The notes: generated by a model not told the origin, from the sequence alone. Counted from the stretch's first letter, positions 32,420 to 44,288 are shown. The stretch is 64,000 nucleotides of DNA from Candidatus Oxydemutatoraceae bacterium (GCA_965220085.1 CBDCOZ010000003.1:1664001-1728000), one strand, 5' to 3'. Numbers and translations: made by a program.

Positions 32420-34504
32420 CTACTGTTGCTCTACCCCTTTCATACTCAAGCGGATACGCCCCTGGCGATCCACCTCGATCACTTTCACCTTGACGTTATC
32501 GCCTTCGTTCATCCTATCGGTTACTTTTTCAACGCGCTCCTCGGCAATCTGAGAAATGTGCACCAAACCATCCTGCCCCGGCAAGATGGTTACAAAGGCG
32601 CCGAAGTCAACGACTCGCGCGACTTTGCCGTCGTATATCTTGCCCACTTCGGCTTCGGCGGTCAGCTCTTCGATGCGCTTGCGAGCCGCATTTGCGGAGT
32701 CCTCATCCGCCGATGCGATGGTCACCGCCCCGGAGTCGTCCACATCGATAACCGCGCCGGTCTCTTCGGTCAACGCCCGAATAGTGGCGCCGCCTTTGCC
32801 AATGATGTCCCGAATTTTCTCTTGGCGCACGTTTAATACCAACAGACGCGGCGCGTACTTGGACATTTCCGCCCGCGGCACGGACAACACCTTGTTCATC
32901 TCGGACAGAATATGCATTCTCCCTTCGGAGGCCTGCTTGAGCGCCGCCATCATAATCTCCGAGGTCACGCCCTCAACCTTGATATCCATCTGCAAAGCCG
33001 TAACGCCATTCTCGGTGCCCGCGACTTTGAAGTCCATGTCGCCAAAATGATCCTCATCGCCCATGATGTCGCTGAGAACCGCAAAACGGCTATCCTCCAG
33101 AATCAAGCCCATCGCAATGCCCGCAACCGGCGCCTTGAGAGGCACTCCGGCATCCATCAGCGCCAGACTGGCGCCGCAAACCGATGCCATGGAACTGGAA
33201 CCGTTTGATTCGGTGACTTCGGATACGAGACGAATCACATACGGGAATTTCTCCGCAGCGGGCATCACTGCGAGAAGACCTCGCTTCGCTAATCGCCCGT
33301 GTCCGATCTCACGGCGCTTGGGAGAGCCCATAAAACCCACTTCGCCGACACAATAAGGCGGGAAGTTATAGTGAAACATAAAGCGCTCTCTGGACTCGCC
33401 CTCAATCGCATCGATGATCTGGGCATCGCGTTCTGTCCCCAGAGTTGCCACCGCCATCACCTGCGTCTCCCCTCTGGTAAACACGGCGCTGCCGTGGGTG
33501 CGAGGCAATGAGCCCGTTTCCACATAAATCGGGCGCACAGCCCTCGTATCGCGACCGTCTATGCGCGGCTCGCCGTTCATGATACGTGTGCGCATAATCT
33601 CTTTTTCCAGTTTGGCAAAAGCGGTGATTAGCTGTATCTCGTTATCTTCTTGGTCCTCGGCCAACTCATCGATGACCTGCTGGCGCAACTCCTTGAGTCG
33701 CTTTTGCCGCTCGACCTTCTCTCTGATCTGATACGCATCGGCAATGGCCGAACGGAAGCGGCTATCGCACTCTGCTTCCAACGCCTCGTCCGCAAGCGGC
33801 AGCGAGTCGTCCTCCCGCATCGGTTTTCCGACTTCGTCAGCAAGCTCCGTAATCGCCCGAATCGCAGTCTGCATCTGTTCGTGTCCGAACGTAACCGCGC
33901 CGAGCATCTGCGCTTCGCTTAGCTCCTTAGCCTCCGACTCAACCATCAGCACCGCTTTGTCGGTACCCGCAACAACCAAGTCAAGCTGAGATTCTTCCAA
34001 CTGACTCAAGCTCGGGTTGAGAATATAATGCCCGTCGCGAAAGCCCACGCGCGCCGCGCCGATGGGACCGTTAAAAGGAATGCCGGAAATAGCCAAGGCC
34101 GCCGAAGCGCCAAGCAATGCCGCGACATCGGCCTCGACATCGGGATTGAGCGACATCACCGTCGCAATCACTTGAATATCGTGATAAAAGCCCTTGGGAA
34201 ACAACGGGCGTATCGGTCGGTCGATCAGACGGGAGAACAGAGTCTCGCGCTCGCTCGGCCTGCCCTCTCGCTTGAAAAAGCCGCCGGGTATCTTGCCGGC
34301 GGAATAAGTCCGTTCCTGATAATTGACGGTCAGCGGAAGGAAGTCACGCGCCGTGTCATCGCTCGCTTTGCATACTGCGGTCACCAACACTCTGGTATCC
34401 GCCATGTCGACCATAACGGCGCCGTCTGCCTGACGCGCCAACTTGCCTGTTTCAAGGGTCACTTCGTGAGTTCCGTAGCGGAAGCTCTGTTTAATTGTTT
34501 TCAT
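32420..34504 (-). CDS. pnp: Polyribonucleotide nucleotidyltransferase
   Basis: [39 protein letters not shown] and S1 domains. Confidence 0.98.
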   Translation of the reverse strand: MKTIKQSFRYGTHEVTLETGKLARQADGAVMVDMADTRVLVTAVCKASDDTARDFLPLTVNYQERTYSAGKIPGGFFKREGRPSERETLFSRLIDRPIRPLFPKGFYHDIQVIATVMSLNPDVEADVAALLGASAALAISGIPFNGPIGAARVGFRDGHYILNPSLSQLEESQLDLVVAGTDKAVLMVESEAKELSEAQMLGAVTFGHEQMQTAIRAITELADEVGKPMREDDSLPLADEALEAECDSRFRSAIADAYQIREKVERQKRLKELRQQVIDELAEDQEDNEIQLITAFAKLEKEIMRTRIMNGEPRIDGRDTRAVRPIYVETGSLPRTHGSAVFTRGETQVMAVATLGTERDAQIIDAIEGESRERFMFHYNFPPYCVGEVGFMGSPKRREIGHGRLAKRGLLAVMPAAEKFPYVIRLVSEVTESNGSSSMASVCGASLALMDAGVPLKAPVAGIAMGLILEDSRFAVLSDIMGDEDHFGDMDFKVAGTENGVTALQMDIKVEGVTSEIMMAALKQASEGRMHILSEMNKVLSVPRAEMSKYAPRLLVLNVRQEKIRDIIGKGGATIRALTEETGAVIDVDDSGAVTIASADEDSANAARKRIEELTAEAEVGKIYDGKVARVVDFGAFVTILPGQDGLVHISQIAEERVEKVTDRMNEGDNVKVKVIEVDRQGRIRLSMKGVEQQ

Positions 34505-34552
34505 TTGTATCTGCTTTCTCTTTTGTTAAAAAATTAATCGTTAAAAAGCGGC

Positions 34553-34819
34553 TTACCGCCGCAACCCCAAAGATGAGATGAGGCCTTGATAACGATCATT
34601 ATCTTTTGACTTCAGATAATCAAGCAGTTTGCGTCTGGTGTTCACCATCCTTAACAAACCCTGACGGGAGTGATGGTCGTGTTTATGCACTGTGAAATGA
34701 CTCTGTAAATGCCGAATACGTTGTGTCAGCAACGCAACCTGAACCTCCGGGGACCCCGTATCGTTCTCAGACTGCGCATACTTAGAGATTGTCTCGGCTT
34801 TGTTTGCGTCGATTGACAT
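34553..34819 (-). CDS. rpsO: 30S ribosomal protein S15
   Basis: [34 protein letters not shown]; upstream of pnp. Confidence 0.98.
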   Translation of the reverse strand: MSIDANKAETISKYAQSENDTGSPEVQVALLTQRIRHLQSHFTVHKHDHHSRQGLLRMVNTRRKLLDYLKSKDNDRYQGLISSLGLRR

Positions 34820-35075
34820 TGATTTGATTTCTAAAATTTCCTAACTTATCTTTAGAGTTTGGCAAGTATTATACATCATCGCTTATTTGCTTACAAAATG
34901 CCTTTGCTACCGTGATATATCGGACATATGGGGCGCATATTATGCGGGTCATGGGCGCTTGAAGATTCAGTCCGCAGGGTAATCCGTTCGCGGCGGTGTG
35001 AAACCATAACAGATAGTCTGTCCGACGATTATTGAATGTCCCCATGTCGGTCAGCAACAAACCCGCTTCAAATCC

Positions 35076-35340
35076 CGCAAACAGTTTGCAAACAGTTTAT
35101 GGAACACAAACAACTTAAGAAGCCACAAACAGTTTATGGAACACAAACAATATAATTGTTTGTGCCTCTTATTTTTGTGCTCTTATTACTGTGCCTCATT
35201 AAACAATCCACAAACAATTGAGTATTGTTTGTGCCTCATTAAACAATCCACAAACAATTGAGTATTGTTTGTGCCTCATTAAACGTTGTTTGTGCACATT
35301 AAGCAATCCGCAAACAACTGAGTTGTTTGTGTACATACTC
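35076..35340. repeat. AT-rich cluster of CACAAACAA-N5/7-TTGTTTGTG palindromes, including a 40-bp tandem duplication
   Basis: Palindromes at 35142-35164, 35209-35233, 35249-35273 and 35309-35331; related ones at 36646-36668, 36719-36741 and 37707-37729. Confidence 0.85.
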
Positions 35341-35405
35341 CGCATCCTGTCCCATCCTCTTGTGCGCCTCATAACACTCTCCTTCTCCGCCGCCGGTCAC
35401 TCGCG

Positions 35406-36524
35406 CTACCGCAACGGGCCTTCAAGGAAGAGCCGCAACCGCAAGCGCACGGGGCGCATCGGGTCTATGGCGAAGGTCAGCGTATCGGTCTCTCCGTCCA
35501 CATCGGTGGCGGCATAGGCGTATCGGATTATGGCGGATGCCGTCGTAGGTGTGCCGCTGATGGTGCGGGTGTCGGCATCAAAGGCGAGGCCGTCGGGCAG
35601 GGCCGGGCTTATGCTGTAGGCGGTGTTATTGCCGCCGGCGGCTGCGGGCAATACCAGAGGTGTGGTCGTGCCGGGCGGCCAAATCCGGGTGCCCACCGTT
35701 GCATCGCCAAAGTCGGGCGCGCTGTTTGCCACCAGATTGATGGTTATCGTGGCGGCAGGGCCAACGCCATAAGGCCCATCCGCTCCTGCCAGGAAATCAA
35801 ATCTGGCGTAATCACTGCCGACAGTGGCATCGGCGGGCGGCGCGTATGTGACTCCCTCGCTTGAAATGAATTCGTGTCCGAACACAGCGATAGGCAACGA
35901 GGAGTAAGTATCTCCGCTGATTCTAAGAATGCCATCGGCGGGAAGACTTTCAAGGAAAAGGCTGACTTGTCCATAATCAGCGCCCTCTTCGTCCTCATGG
36001 CGAAAGTCGCTGAGGCGAAATCGCGATGTGCGGCCAACCGGGAAGTCGACGCTGCTGGGCAGGGCATTGATATCATTGAGGTTGACCACCGCCGCAGCGG
36101 AAGTCCAGCAACGGGTCTCGCGGTTGCCGGCATCATCGTCAAAGGTAGCACATACACGCAGAAACTTGCCCACATGCTCCTGCAGGGGCGTGAAAGTCGC
36201 GGCGGTGGCGCTTGCTATGTCCGCGAAGGAACCGCCGGCTGTTTCGCCCTGTTGCCACTGCCAGGCGGGGCTGAAGTTGGCTATGCCATCGGTGGTGTCG
36301 GCTATGCTGCCTCGGGCCGCGGTCAAGTGGATGTCCTCATTGGGGCCGCCGCTCACGGCGCTGCCGTCCGCCGTGACCGTGACCGCCGGTGTGCCGGTGG
36401 CGTTCTGCGCCTGCGTCGGTGCGCAGACAACAAACAGCGCCGACAGAATCAGCGCCCGGAGGCTAAGCCGGGTGAGCGCTGTCCGCCAGCGCCGAGGGGC
36501 GGTATTAGAAATTTGTCGCTTCAT
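35406..36524 (-). CDS. FLEGPLR-tail family member 8 (372 aa): Cys-pair Ig, variable domain, He_PIG-like domain
   Basis: GGGAGA RBS before ATG 36524; signal ..LILSALFVVCAPTQA-Q; ends PVRLRLRLFLEGPLR. Confidence 0.85.
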   Translation of the reverse strand: MKRQISNTAPRRWRTALTRLSLRALILSALFVVCAPTQAQNATGTPAVTVTADGSAVSGGPNEDIHLTAARGSIADTTDGIANFSPAWQWQQGETAGGSFADIASATAATFTPLQEHVGKFLRVCATFDDDAGNRETRCWTSAAAVVNLNDINALPSSVDFPVGRTSRFRLSDFRHEDEEGADYGQVSLFLESLPADGILRISGDTYSSLPIAVFGHEFISSEGVTYAPPADATVGSDYARFDFLAGADGPYGVGPAATITINLVANSAPDFGDATVGTRIWPPGTTTPLVLPAAAGGNNTAYSISPALPDGLAFDADTRTISGTPTTASAIIRYAYAATDVDGETDTLTFAIDPMRPVRLRLRLFLEGPLR

Positions 36525-36815
36525 AGTATTTCTCCCAATAGTTTGTGTTTCGCGAATGCGGTTGCGCAATGCGTTGCACTGTAAACAATCTGCAAACAGT
36601 TAATGGAGCACAAACAACTTAAGAAGCCACAAACAGTTTATGGAACACAAACAATATAATTGTTTGTGCCTCTTATTTTTGTGCCTCATTAAATGTTGTT
36701 TGTGTACATTAAGCAATCCGCAAACAACTGAGTTGTTTGTGTACATACTCCGCATCCTGTCCCATCCTCTTGTGCGCCTCATAACACTCTCCTTCTCCGC
36801 CGCCGGTCACTCGCG

Positions 36816-37622
36816 CTACCGCAACGGGCCTTCAAGGAAGAGCCGCAACCGCAAACGCACGGGGCGCATCGGGTCTATGCCGAAGGTCAGCGTATCGGTC
36901 TCCCCATCCGCATCGGTGGCGGTGAGGGTGTGTCGGATCATGGCGGATGCCGTCGTGGGCGCGCCGCTGATGGTGCGGGTGTCGGCATCAAAGGCGAGGC
37001 CGTCGGGCAGATCCGGGGTGATTGCGTAGGTGATGGCGCCATTGCCGCCGGTGGTTGCGGGCAATACCAGAGGTACGGTCGTGCCGGGCGGCCAAATCCG
37101 GGTGCCCACCATTGCATCGCCAAAGTCGGGCGCGCTATTGGCCACCAAGTTGATGGTCATGGTGGCAGTAGTACCTAATCTTGTGCCCTGAGCCTCCGCA
37201 CCGAAGACAAATCTGGCGTAATCACTGCCGACAGTGGCATCGGCGGGCGGTGTGTATGTTATTCCCTCGCTTGAAGCGAATTCGACCCTGAACAGAGAGA
37301 CGAATGTGTTTTGGCCTCCTTGGGCAATAGCTCCCTTGATTCTAAGAGTGCCATCGGCAGGAAGATTTGGAAGGATAAAGTCGGGTTGCGGATAATCAGA
37401 GCCATCTTCGGCTTCATGACGAAAGTCGCTGAGACGGAAACGCGATGTGCGACCAACCGCGAAGTCGACACTGCTGGGCAGGCTGTTAATCACAGTGACG
37501 TTCTGCGCCTGCCCCGGTTCGCAGACAACAAACAGGACCGGCAGAGCCAGTGTCCAGAGGCTAAGCCGGGTGAGCGCTGTCCGCAAGCGCCGGGGGGTAG
37601 TATTAGAAATTTGTCGTTTCAT
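36816..37622 (-). CDS. FLEGPLR-tail family member 9 (268 aa): variable domain plus He_PIG-like domain
   Basis: AGGAGA RBS before ATG 37622; signal peptide; LPDGLAFDADTRTISG; tail motif. Confidence 0.85.
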   Translation of the reverse strand: MKRQISNTTPRRLRTALTRLSLWTLALPVLFVVCEPGQAQNVTVINSLPSSVDFAVGRTSRFRLSDFRHEAEDGSDYPQPDFILPNLPADGTLRIKGAIAQGGQNTFVSLFRVEFASSEGITYTPPADATVGSDYARFVFGAEAQGTRLGTTATMTINLVANSAPDFGDAMVGTRIWPPGTTVPLVLPATTGGNGAITYAITPDLPDGLAFDADTRTISGAPTTASAMIRHTLTATDADGETDTLTFGIDPMRPVRLRLRLFLEGPLR

Positions 37623-37798
37623 AGTATTTCTCCTAATAGTTTGTGTTTCGCGAATGCGGTTGCGCAATGCGTTGCACTGTAAACAATCTGCAAACAGTTA
37701 ATGGAGCACAAACAACTGAGTTGTTTGCGCACACATCTGGTATCCTGTCCCATCCTCGTGTGCGCCTCATAACTCTCCTCCGCCGCCGGTCACTCGCA

Positions 37799-38750
37799 TT
37801 ACCGCAACGGGCCTTCAAGGAAGAGCCGCAACCGCAAACGCACGGGGCGCATCGGGTCTATGCCGAAGGTCAGCGTATCGGTCTCCCTATCCGCATCGGT
37901 GGCGGTGAGGGTGTATTCGGCGGCAGCGGATTCCGCCATGGGTGTGCCGCTGATGGTGCGGGTGTCGGCATCAAAGGTCAGGCCGTCGGGCAGAGCCGGG
38001 GCGACTGTATAGGTGATGGGGCCATTGCCGCCGGTGACTGCGGGCAATATCAGAGGCGCGGTCGTGCCGGGCGGCCAAATACGGGTGCCCGCCGTTGCAT
38101 CGCCAAAATCGGGCGCGCTGTTTGCCACCAGATTGACGGTCACGGTGCCCGTGGTATGGCTGCCACCGACATGTAACTCAAAGATGAAGCTGTCATAACC
38201 GTTGACGACAGAGATGGCAGTAATCGGGGGCCTGTATTCGACGGGTCCGACTCCGGCGGAGAAGTCACTCGCGACATATGTGCTTAGCTGACCGCCACCT
38301 CCGCTTGAAAGCGACACGTCTCGCTGAGGTATGGTATCAAACAACCTGCCATGAGCGGGTCGGGTTTGGAACAACAGTGTTTGGGAGACAAAACCGCCGA
38401 TATCTGTTTTCCTGAGCGCATATCCGCTGCTTCCAATAGCGACATCAATGCTGGTGTCCGAGGCTTGAGCGTTGGCCTGTGTCGCGCCCAATGCCAAGCA
38501 CAGGGCCGGCAGGCAGCGCATGAGCGAACCCGACCGCAACCCGGCGACCGGGCGCACCGCAACAGACCGCAGCCACAGCAACAAACCGCGCACAACCGGG
38601 CGGCGCGACCGCTTTGCGGATGGCGGGTTGCTATGCGCGGGTGATAAAGAACGGGTGAAAAGGCGATACGGCGAAACGCCGGCAATCCCCTTACTTACAA
38701 AGCTGCGGGGGGGGGGGGGGGGGGGTCAGTATTAAATTTTTTCTGTTCAT
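37799..38750 (-). CDS. FLEGPLR-tail family member 10; frameshifted at G19 tract (in-frame alternative ATG 38521)
   Basis: ATG 38750 (MNRKNLILT) needs C18 or C21; leader and variable domain like members 3/4, He_PIG-like domain like members 8/9. Confidence 0.8.
38707..38725. repeat. G19 homopolymer in leader of member 10
   Basis: Counted directly. Confidence 0.9.
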
Positions 38751-38960
38751 GGTATTACTCTTAAATGGCAATCTGCATCTCGCGAATGCAGTTGCGTAAT
38801 CAATGCCGGTACTCTGCCACACAGCGCGAGTCATGTGCAAGCGCCTGTTTGATGCCATGAATCCGGAATGTTTCCGGCATGATTCAAACGCCTTGCCTGA
38901 GAGAAACAAGATGACTTCGCTATGACCCGCCGCCCGCTGTGAATGCCCATTCGTTCCGAC

Positions 38961-39902
38961 TCAGTAGTACTTGCTCAAATCCATGCCGGCATACATTGCG
39001 CCGACTTCTTCGGCATAACCGTTGAACATCAGCGTTTTGCGTTTCGCAAATTCGCCGATACGGCGCTCTCTTTTTTGCGACCACCGCGGGTGATTGACTT
39101 GCGGATTGACGTTAGAGTAAAAACCATACTCCGACGGCGCCGAACGCCCCCACGATGTGGGCGGCTGCTCCGCGGTAAATTTGATCTCAACAATGGACTT
39201 GATGCTTTTGAAGCCGTATTTCCACGGCACGACCAAACGCAACGGCGCGCCATTCTGATTGGGCAACACTTCGCCATACAAACCCACCGCCAAAATCGTC
39301 AGCGGATTCATCGCCTCATCCATGCGCAGGCCTTCGCGGTACGGCCAGTCCAGCACCCGCCGCGCTTGTCCCGGCAGGTTCTTGTCAACAATGGTGGTCA
39401 TCGCAACATACTTGGCGCCGGACAAAGGCTGGCTGCGCTTGATTATTTCGGCCAACTCAAAACCGACCCACGGGATGACCATAGACCACGCTTCCACACA
39501 ACGCAGGCGGTAAATCCTGTCTTCCAACTTATGCGGTTTGACGAAATCCTCAATCGCATATTGTCCCGGCTTCTCACACAGACCCGATACCCGCACAGTC
39601 CACGGATCTGTCTTCAGATGATGGGCGTTCTTGTGCGGATCCGCTTTGCCGGTGCCGAGCTCATAAAAATTGTTATACGTTGTGACGCTATCGTATGGCG
39701 TCAATTCTTCATCGGTGTTGAAACGGCTATCCGGCAAGTCGCCGAACTTCTTTGGCAAAGCGGCGGGCGCCGCGCTTGCAAACGCCATACCGGCAAATGC
39801 TCCGACCCCGTTCTTGATAAACGCGCGCCGCTCGGCATAAACCGATTGCGGCGTAATCTCAGACGATTGTATTGATAGTTTTGTACGACTTTTTATTAGC
39901 AT
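38961..39902 (-). CDS. msrP: Protein-methionine-sulfoxide reductase catalytic subunit MsrP
   Basis: SEITP..Y..RRAFIK Tat leader, [35 protein letters not shown]. Confidence 0.96.
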   Translation of the reverse strand: MLIKSRTKLSIQSSEITPQSVYAERRAFIKNGVGAFAGMAFASAAPAALPKKFGDLPDSRFNTDEELTPYDSVTTYNNFYELGTGKADPHKNAHHLKTDPWTVRVSGLCEKPGQYAIEDFVKPHKLEDRIYRLRCVEAWSMVIPWVGFELAEIIKRSQPLSGAKYVAMTTIVDKNLPGQARRVLDWPYREGLRMDEAMNPLTILAVGLYGEVLPNQNGAPLRLVVPWKYGFKSIKSIVEIKFTAEQPPTSWGRSAPSEYGFYSNVNPQVNHPRWSQKRERRIGEFAKRKTLMFNGYAEEVGAMYAGMDLSKYY

Positions 39903-40070
39903 GGCGCCTCCCTCAATTGATTTATAACATTCTGAAAATAACCCTTGTTGAAATTGTCAAATCATAAGAATGCATTGATTATATACTAGCGGAACAGCAT
40001 GCCCTCAAAGACCGGCATATATCCGCGCCGGGGCTATTCTCGCGCGGCGGGCGGCGCCGACCGAAAGCCG

Positions 40071-40499
40071 CTAACTGCGCTCGCATATCTCCTCATCCTT
40101 AAAGAAAAACCCAATCTCAGCACGGGCGGTATCCGCCCCGTCGGAACCGTGTACCGCATTGGCCTCGATGCTGCGGGCGAAATCGGCGCGGATGGTGCCC
40201 GCCGCCGCCTTGGCCGGGTCCGTATCCCCCATCAATTCGCGATTCTTCATGATCGCATTCTCCCCTTCAAGCGCCTGTGCCATGATCGGCCCCGAAGTCA
40301 TGAACTTGACCAGTTCTTCATAGAAGGGGCGATCTTTGTGCACCGCATAAAACTTCCCCGCTTGCTCTTCGGTCAAATGCAACATCTTCGCCGCAACGAT
40401 ATGCAACCCGGCCTGTTCAAACCGCGCGTAAATTTTCCCGATCAGGTCTTTTTCAACCGCATCGGGTTTGATAATGGATAATGTTCGTTCGCTTGCCAT
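40071..40499 (-). CDS. ndk: Nucleoside diphosphate kinase
   Basis: [27 protein letters not shown]. Confidence 0.98.
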   Translation of the reverse strand: MASERTLSIIKPDAVEKDLIGKIYARFEQAGLHIVAAKMLHLTEEQAGKFYAVHKDRPFYEELVKFMTSGPIMAQALEGENAIMKNRELMGDTDPAKAAAGTIRADFARSIEANAVHGSDGADTARAEIGFFFKDEEICERS

Positions 40500-40526
40500 T
40501 TTTTCCTCCGCTTCTGTATAGCATGT

Positions 40527-40727
40527 TCAATCTTTTTCATCCAACCAAGCCATCTGGATTGCCTCCAGTATCTTTTCATTGGATTTCTGCGGCTCATCGT
40601 CAAAGTCATCCAAGCCGCAAATCCAGCCGTGCAAATCGGTAAACCGCACATATTGCGGGTCCGTATCCGGATATTTCTCGTCAAGCGCCAGCGCAATATC
40701 CAGACTGTCAGTCCACTTCAATCCCAT
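40527..40727 (-). CDS. iscX: Fe-S assembly protein IscX
   Basis: [33 protein letters not shown]. Confidence 0.96.
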   Translation of the reverse strand: MGLKWTDSLDIALALDEKYPDTDPQYVRFTDLHGWICGLDDFDDEPQKSNEKILEAIQMAWLDEKD

Positions 40728-40751
40728 TTTTCCCTCCTCTTATAGTATCGC

Positions 40752-41090
40752 CTAGTGTGCCTCGGACACCAAGTTAATTGTATATTTTGGAATCTCAACC
40801 ACGAGATCCTCGTTGCCGACTCTGGCCTGACAACTCAGACGCGAATCGGGCTCCAACCCCCACGCTTTGTCCAGGTAATCCTCTTCGCCCTCGGTCGGCT
40901 CCGCAAGCGAATCAAAACCTTCGCGGACATACACATGACAAGTCGTGCAAGCGCAAGCCTTCTCGCATGCGTGTTCCAGCTCTATGCCGTTGTCCAGCGC
41001 GACATCACAAATGCTAACGCCCGACTCGACATCCGCTTCCTTGCCGCTCGGGCACAACTCTTCGTGAGGGAGAAACGTTATCTTCGGCAT
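40752..41090 (-). CDS. fdx: ISC-system 2Fe-2S ferredoxin
   Basis: EHACEKACACTTCH, SRLSCQA, EIPKYTIN. Confidence 0.97.
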   Translation of the reverse strand: MPKITFLPHEELCPSGKEADVESGVSICDVALDNGIELEHACEKACACTTCHVYVREGFDSLAEPTEGEEDYLDKAWGLEPDSRLSCQARVGNEDLVVEIPKYTINLVSEAH

Positions 41091-41099
41091 CGCGCGCTC

Positions 41100-42992
41100 C
41101 TACCCTCGGCCGATCTCTTCCGCGCTCTGTCCGCGCAAGGCGCGGCGGATACTCCGATTCATGCGCCGCTCGACATAGAACTCGCTGCGCGATTCGAGCT
41201 CGGTCATCGCGCGCCCTATCGCATCGCTATCGCCCGTATCAACTTGCTCGCGCAAGGCATCTCTTGCCGCACAAATCGTGTCGTATTCCTCCGCGCTGAG
41301 CAACGCATCGCCGTCTTCGGCCAATGCCGACTCGATGGAATCGAGCAAGCGCTTCGCATCGACCAGCTTTTCGGCGCGCGCGCGCGCGTCCATATCGTCC
41401 GCCGCATGCGCGACCGAGTCTTGAATCATGGCCGTAACTTCTTTTTCCGACAGACCGTATGTCGGCTTGACCTCGACCGAAGCGGCCGCATTCGTTTCCG
41501 TCTCTTGCGCTTCCACGGTCAGCAAGCCGTCGGCATCGATGCGAAAGGTCACCTTCACACGCGCCGCGCCCGCAACCCGCGGCGGTATGTCTTTCAGTTC
41601 AAAGTGCGCCAAAGACCGGCAATCGGCCGCTAAGTCGCGTTCGCCTTGCACGACATGAAAAGAAATGGCGGTCTGCCCGTCACACGCGGTCGTAAACTCT
41701 TGCGATTTTGCAAAAGGAATGACGCTATTGCGCGGAATAATCTTCTCCGTCAAGCCGCCCATTGTTTCCACTCCGAGAGACAGCGACGCCACATCCAATA
41801 ACAGCAGATCATCGCATATGCTGCGGTTGCCGGACAGCGTATCCGCCTGTATCGCGGCGCCGATGGCGACGACTTGATACGGATCGACGCCCTCCAGCGG
41901 CTGACGCTCAAATATCTCGGACACCCGCTGTCTTATGGCCGGAATGCGGGTGGAACCGCCGACCAGAACCACATCGTCGATGTCCGACGGTTTGAGATCG
42001 AGATCCGCGAACACATCGGCGCCGACTTTGGCGACTTTATCGACCAACGGAGCGATCAGCCGATTAAACTCGGCGCAAGATATTTTAAGCTCCCAATCAT
42101 CGCCGCCGGTCACCGCCAAACAGGCAGCGTATGTTTCGCGCCCGTCGCAAATCGCTTCCTTTGCGCGGCGGGCAATGCCCAACAAGCGCCTTTGTTCCGT
42201 ATCGCCGAGGCGGCGGTCGTGCGCGGCATTGTCCGTCCAGTAATCCGCCACCGCGCGATCAAAATCATCGCCGCCGAGCAACGTATCGCCGCCGGTCGCA
42301 ATCACCCGCAACACGCCTTTCTCAAGTTTCAACACCGATACGTCAAATGTCCCGCCGCCAAGATCAAACACCGCTATCGTCTCCCCTTCGCTGCCGCGTT
42401 CAAGCCCGTAAGCCACCGCCGCCGCAGTCGGTTCGTTGATCAGACGGTATACATGAATGCCCGCCAGCCGCGCCGCATCGCGCGTCGCCTGCCGTTGCAC
42501 ATCGTCAAAATACGCCGGTACCGTAATGACCGCCCCGTCGATGGATTCCGCCCGCAACGCGTCTTCGGCGCGTTTTTTGCAGACGCGCAGGATCTCCGCG
42601 GATACCTCCGCCGCGGTCTTTTTGCCGGCGCGAGTTTGCAATCTGGGAACGCCGGATTCGTCATCGGCCAAACGGCACCCGAACAAATCGGCGAAGGAAG
42701 CGACCTCTTCGCGACCGCGCCCCATGATGCGTTTGACCGATGCGATGACACTCGAAGAATCATCGGCCGGCATCTCTGTGGCATCGTAACCGACCGCAAC
42801 GGGAGCGCTATCGCGATAGCAAACAACGGACGGTATGGCGCCGCGCCCTTGCGCATCAAGCAGAACCTCCGGCTTGGCATCGCGCACGGTCGCCACAAGC
42901 GTGTTCGTCGTGCCGAGATCTATGCCGACAACCGCTTTGAGGCCGTCGGTCGGTTGCGGCTCTCCCGGCTCAACCAGTTGCAACAAGCTCAT
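41100..42992 (-). CDS. hscA: Fe-S assembly chaperone HscA
   Basis: [36 protein letters not shown]; isc context. Confidence 0.95.
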   Translation of the reverse strand: MSLLQLVEPGEPQPTDGLKAVVGIDLGTTNTLVATVRDAKPEVLLDAQGRGAIPSVVCYRDSAPVAVGYDATEMPADDSSSVIASVKRIMGRGREEVASFADLFGCRLADDESGVPRLQTRAGKKTAAEVSAEILRVCKKRAEDALRAESIDGAVITVPAYFDDVQRQATRDAARLAGIHVYRLINEPTAAAVAYGLERGSEGETIAVFDLGGGTFDVSVLKLEKGVLRVIATGGDTLLGGDDFDRAVADYWTDNAAHDRRLGDTEQRRLLGIARRAKEAICDGRETYAACLAVTGGDDWELKISCAEFNRLIAPLVDKVAKVGADVFADLDLKPSDIDDVVLVGGSTRIPAIRQRVSEIFERQPLEGVDPYQVVAIGAAIQADTLSGNRSICDDLLLLDVASLSLGVETMGGLTEKIIPRNSVIPFAKSQEFTTACDGQTAISFHVVQGERDLAADCRSLAHFELKDIPPRVAGAARVKVTFRIDADGLLTVEAQETETNAAASVEVKPTYGLSEKEVTAMIQDSVAHAADDMDARARAEKLVDAKRLLDSIESALAEDGDALLSAEEYDTICAARDALREQVDTGDSDAIGRAMTELESRSEFYVERRMNRSIRRALRGQSAEEIGRG

Positions 42993-43518
42993 CTTTTGCT
43001 CCCATCCGCTTGGCCAGTCCGGCGGCTTTGGCCCGCGCCTTATCCAGAAACTTCATCTTCAACATCGCTTCGCGCGCCGCCTCCAAATCACGCGCTTGCC
43101 ATGCCAGCTCAAAGCAATCCCGCATGTCGGTCAGGCGTTGCGAAATATCGTCCAGCAGTTTCGCGGCATCCGCGACAGAGCCCTTGTCAGCGGCCGCTTC
43201 AATCGCCTCCTCCAACTCCATCTGCCGCAAAAGAAATTCCCCGTCAGCGGTCGTGTCTTTCTCCGAATCAAGCGCCAGGCCCGCGGTCTGCAACAGATAA
43301 GCCGCCCTGCTGCACGCATCGCTGAGCACGCGATAGGCTTCGTTCACAGCGGCCGATTTGACAGCCATCAAACGTTGCTCGCGTTCGCCGGCATTGATAT
43401 GACGGTCCGGGTGTAGCAACGCTTGCAAACCCAAATACCTGCTCTCGAGCAGGCTTTCGTCAATACGAAACGCGACCGGCAACTCAAACAATTCAAAGTG
43501 ATTTTGCGCAACCGTCAT
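42970..43518 (-). CDS. hscB: Co-chaperone HscB
   Basis: NHFELF.LP..F.ID, HPD motif, EFL..QMEL.E. Confidence 0.93.
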   Translation of the reverse strand: MTVAQNHFELFELPVAFRIDESLLESRYLGLQALLHPDRHINAGEREQRLMAVKSAAVNEAYRVLSDACSRAAYLLQTAGLALDSEKDTTADGEFLLRQMELEEAIEAAADKGSVADAAKLLDDISQRLTDMRDCFELAWQARDLEAAREAMLKMKFLDKARAKAAGLAKRMGAKDELVATG

Positions 43519-43522
43519 CGCA

Positions 43523-43548
43523 CATCCGCCGAAATGAAGCGGCGGATG
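43523..43548. terminator. 9-bp GC hairpin between iscA and hscB (attenuator or mRNA-stability element)
   Basis: CATCCGCCG-aaatgaag-CGGCGGATG. Confidence 0.4.
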
Positions 43549-43554
43549 CGACTG

Positions 43555-43881
43555 TCAAACAGAGAAGCTCTCACCGCAACCGCAACGAGCCTTTTCGTTG
43601 GGATTGATAAACTTAAACCCTTCATTCAGGCCTTCCTTAGCGAAATCAAGTCGCGTATCCTCGGATAAATACGCCAATGTTTTCGCATCGATGACAAGCG
43701 TGACTCCTTTGTCTTCAAACACCTTGTCATCGACACGCACCTCATCGGCGTATTCAATCGTATACGCAAGCCCGGAACAGCCGGTCGTTTTGACGCCGAG
43801 GCGCACCCCGATGCCCTTGCCGCGCGACTCGATATGCCGCTTAAAACGATCAGCCGCGCTGTCAGTCAGAGTAATGGACAC
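43555..43881 (-). CDS. iscA: Fe-S assembly protein IscA
   Basis: [19 protein letters not shown]. Confidence 0.96.
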   Translation of the reverse strand: MSITLTDSAADRFKRHIESRGKGIGVRLGVKTTGCSGLAYTIEYADEVRVDDKVFEDKGVTLVIDAKTLAYLSEDTRLDFAKEGLNEGFKFINPNEKARCGCGESFSV

Positions 43882-43892
43882 AATGCGCGCGC

Positions 43893-44288
43893 TTACTCGC
43901 TTTCAACAACCGCCTGCTTGTCGCGATAGTCTTTGACCGCGGCTTTGATTGCGTCTTCGGCCAGTATCGAGCAATGAATCTTCGCCGGCGGCAAAGAAAG
44001 CTCATTGGCTATGTCCGCATTCTTGATCTCTCCCGCCTCGCTCAAGGTCCTGCCGCGCACCCACTCTGTCAACAAGCTGGATGAAGCGATTGCCGAACCG
44101 CAACCATAGGTTTTGAACTTGGCATCTTCTATCACCCCTTCGTCATTGACTTTGATTTGCAGCTTCATGACATCGCCGCACGCCGGAGCGCCGACCATGC
44201 CGGTGCCGACGCTGGTGTCGTCTTTGGCAAAAGAGCCCACATTTCTCGGATTTTCATAGTGATCCAACACTTTTTTTCCATATGACAT
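43893..44288 (-). CDS. iscU: Fe-S scaffold IscU
   Basis: [39 protein letters not shown]. Confidence 0.97.
   Translation of the reverse strand: MSYGKKVLDHYENPRNVGSFAKDDTSVGTGMVGAPACGDVMKLQIKVNDEGVIEDAKFKTYGCGSAIASSSLLTEWVRGRTLSEAGEIKNADIANELSLPPAKIHCSILAEDAIKAAVKDYRDKQAVVESE

Noticed and set aside
41874-43325. 483-aa plus-strand ORF
   Set aside because: Antisense to hscA/hscB; Hsp70-family genes commonly have open antisense frames
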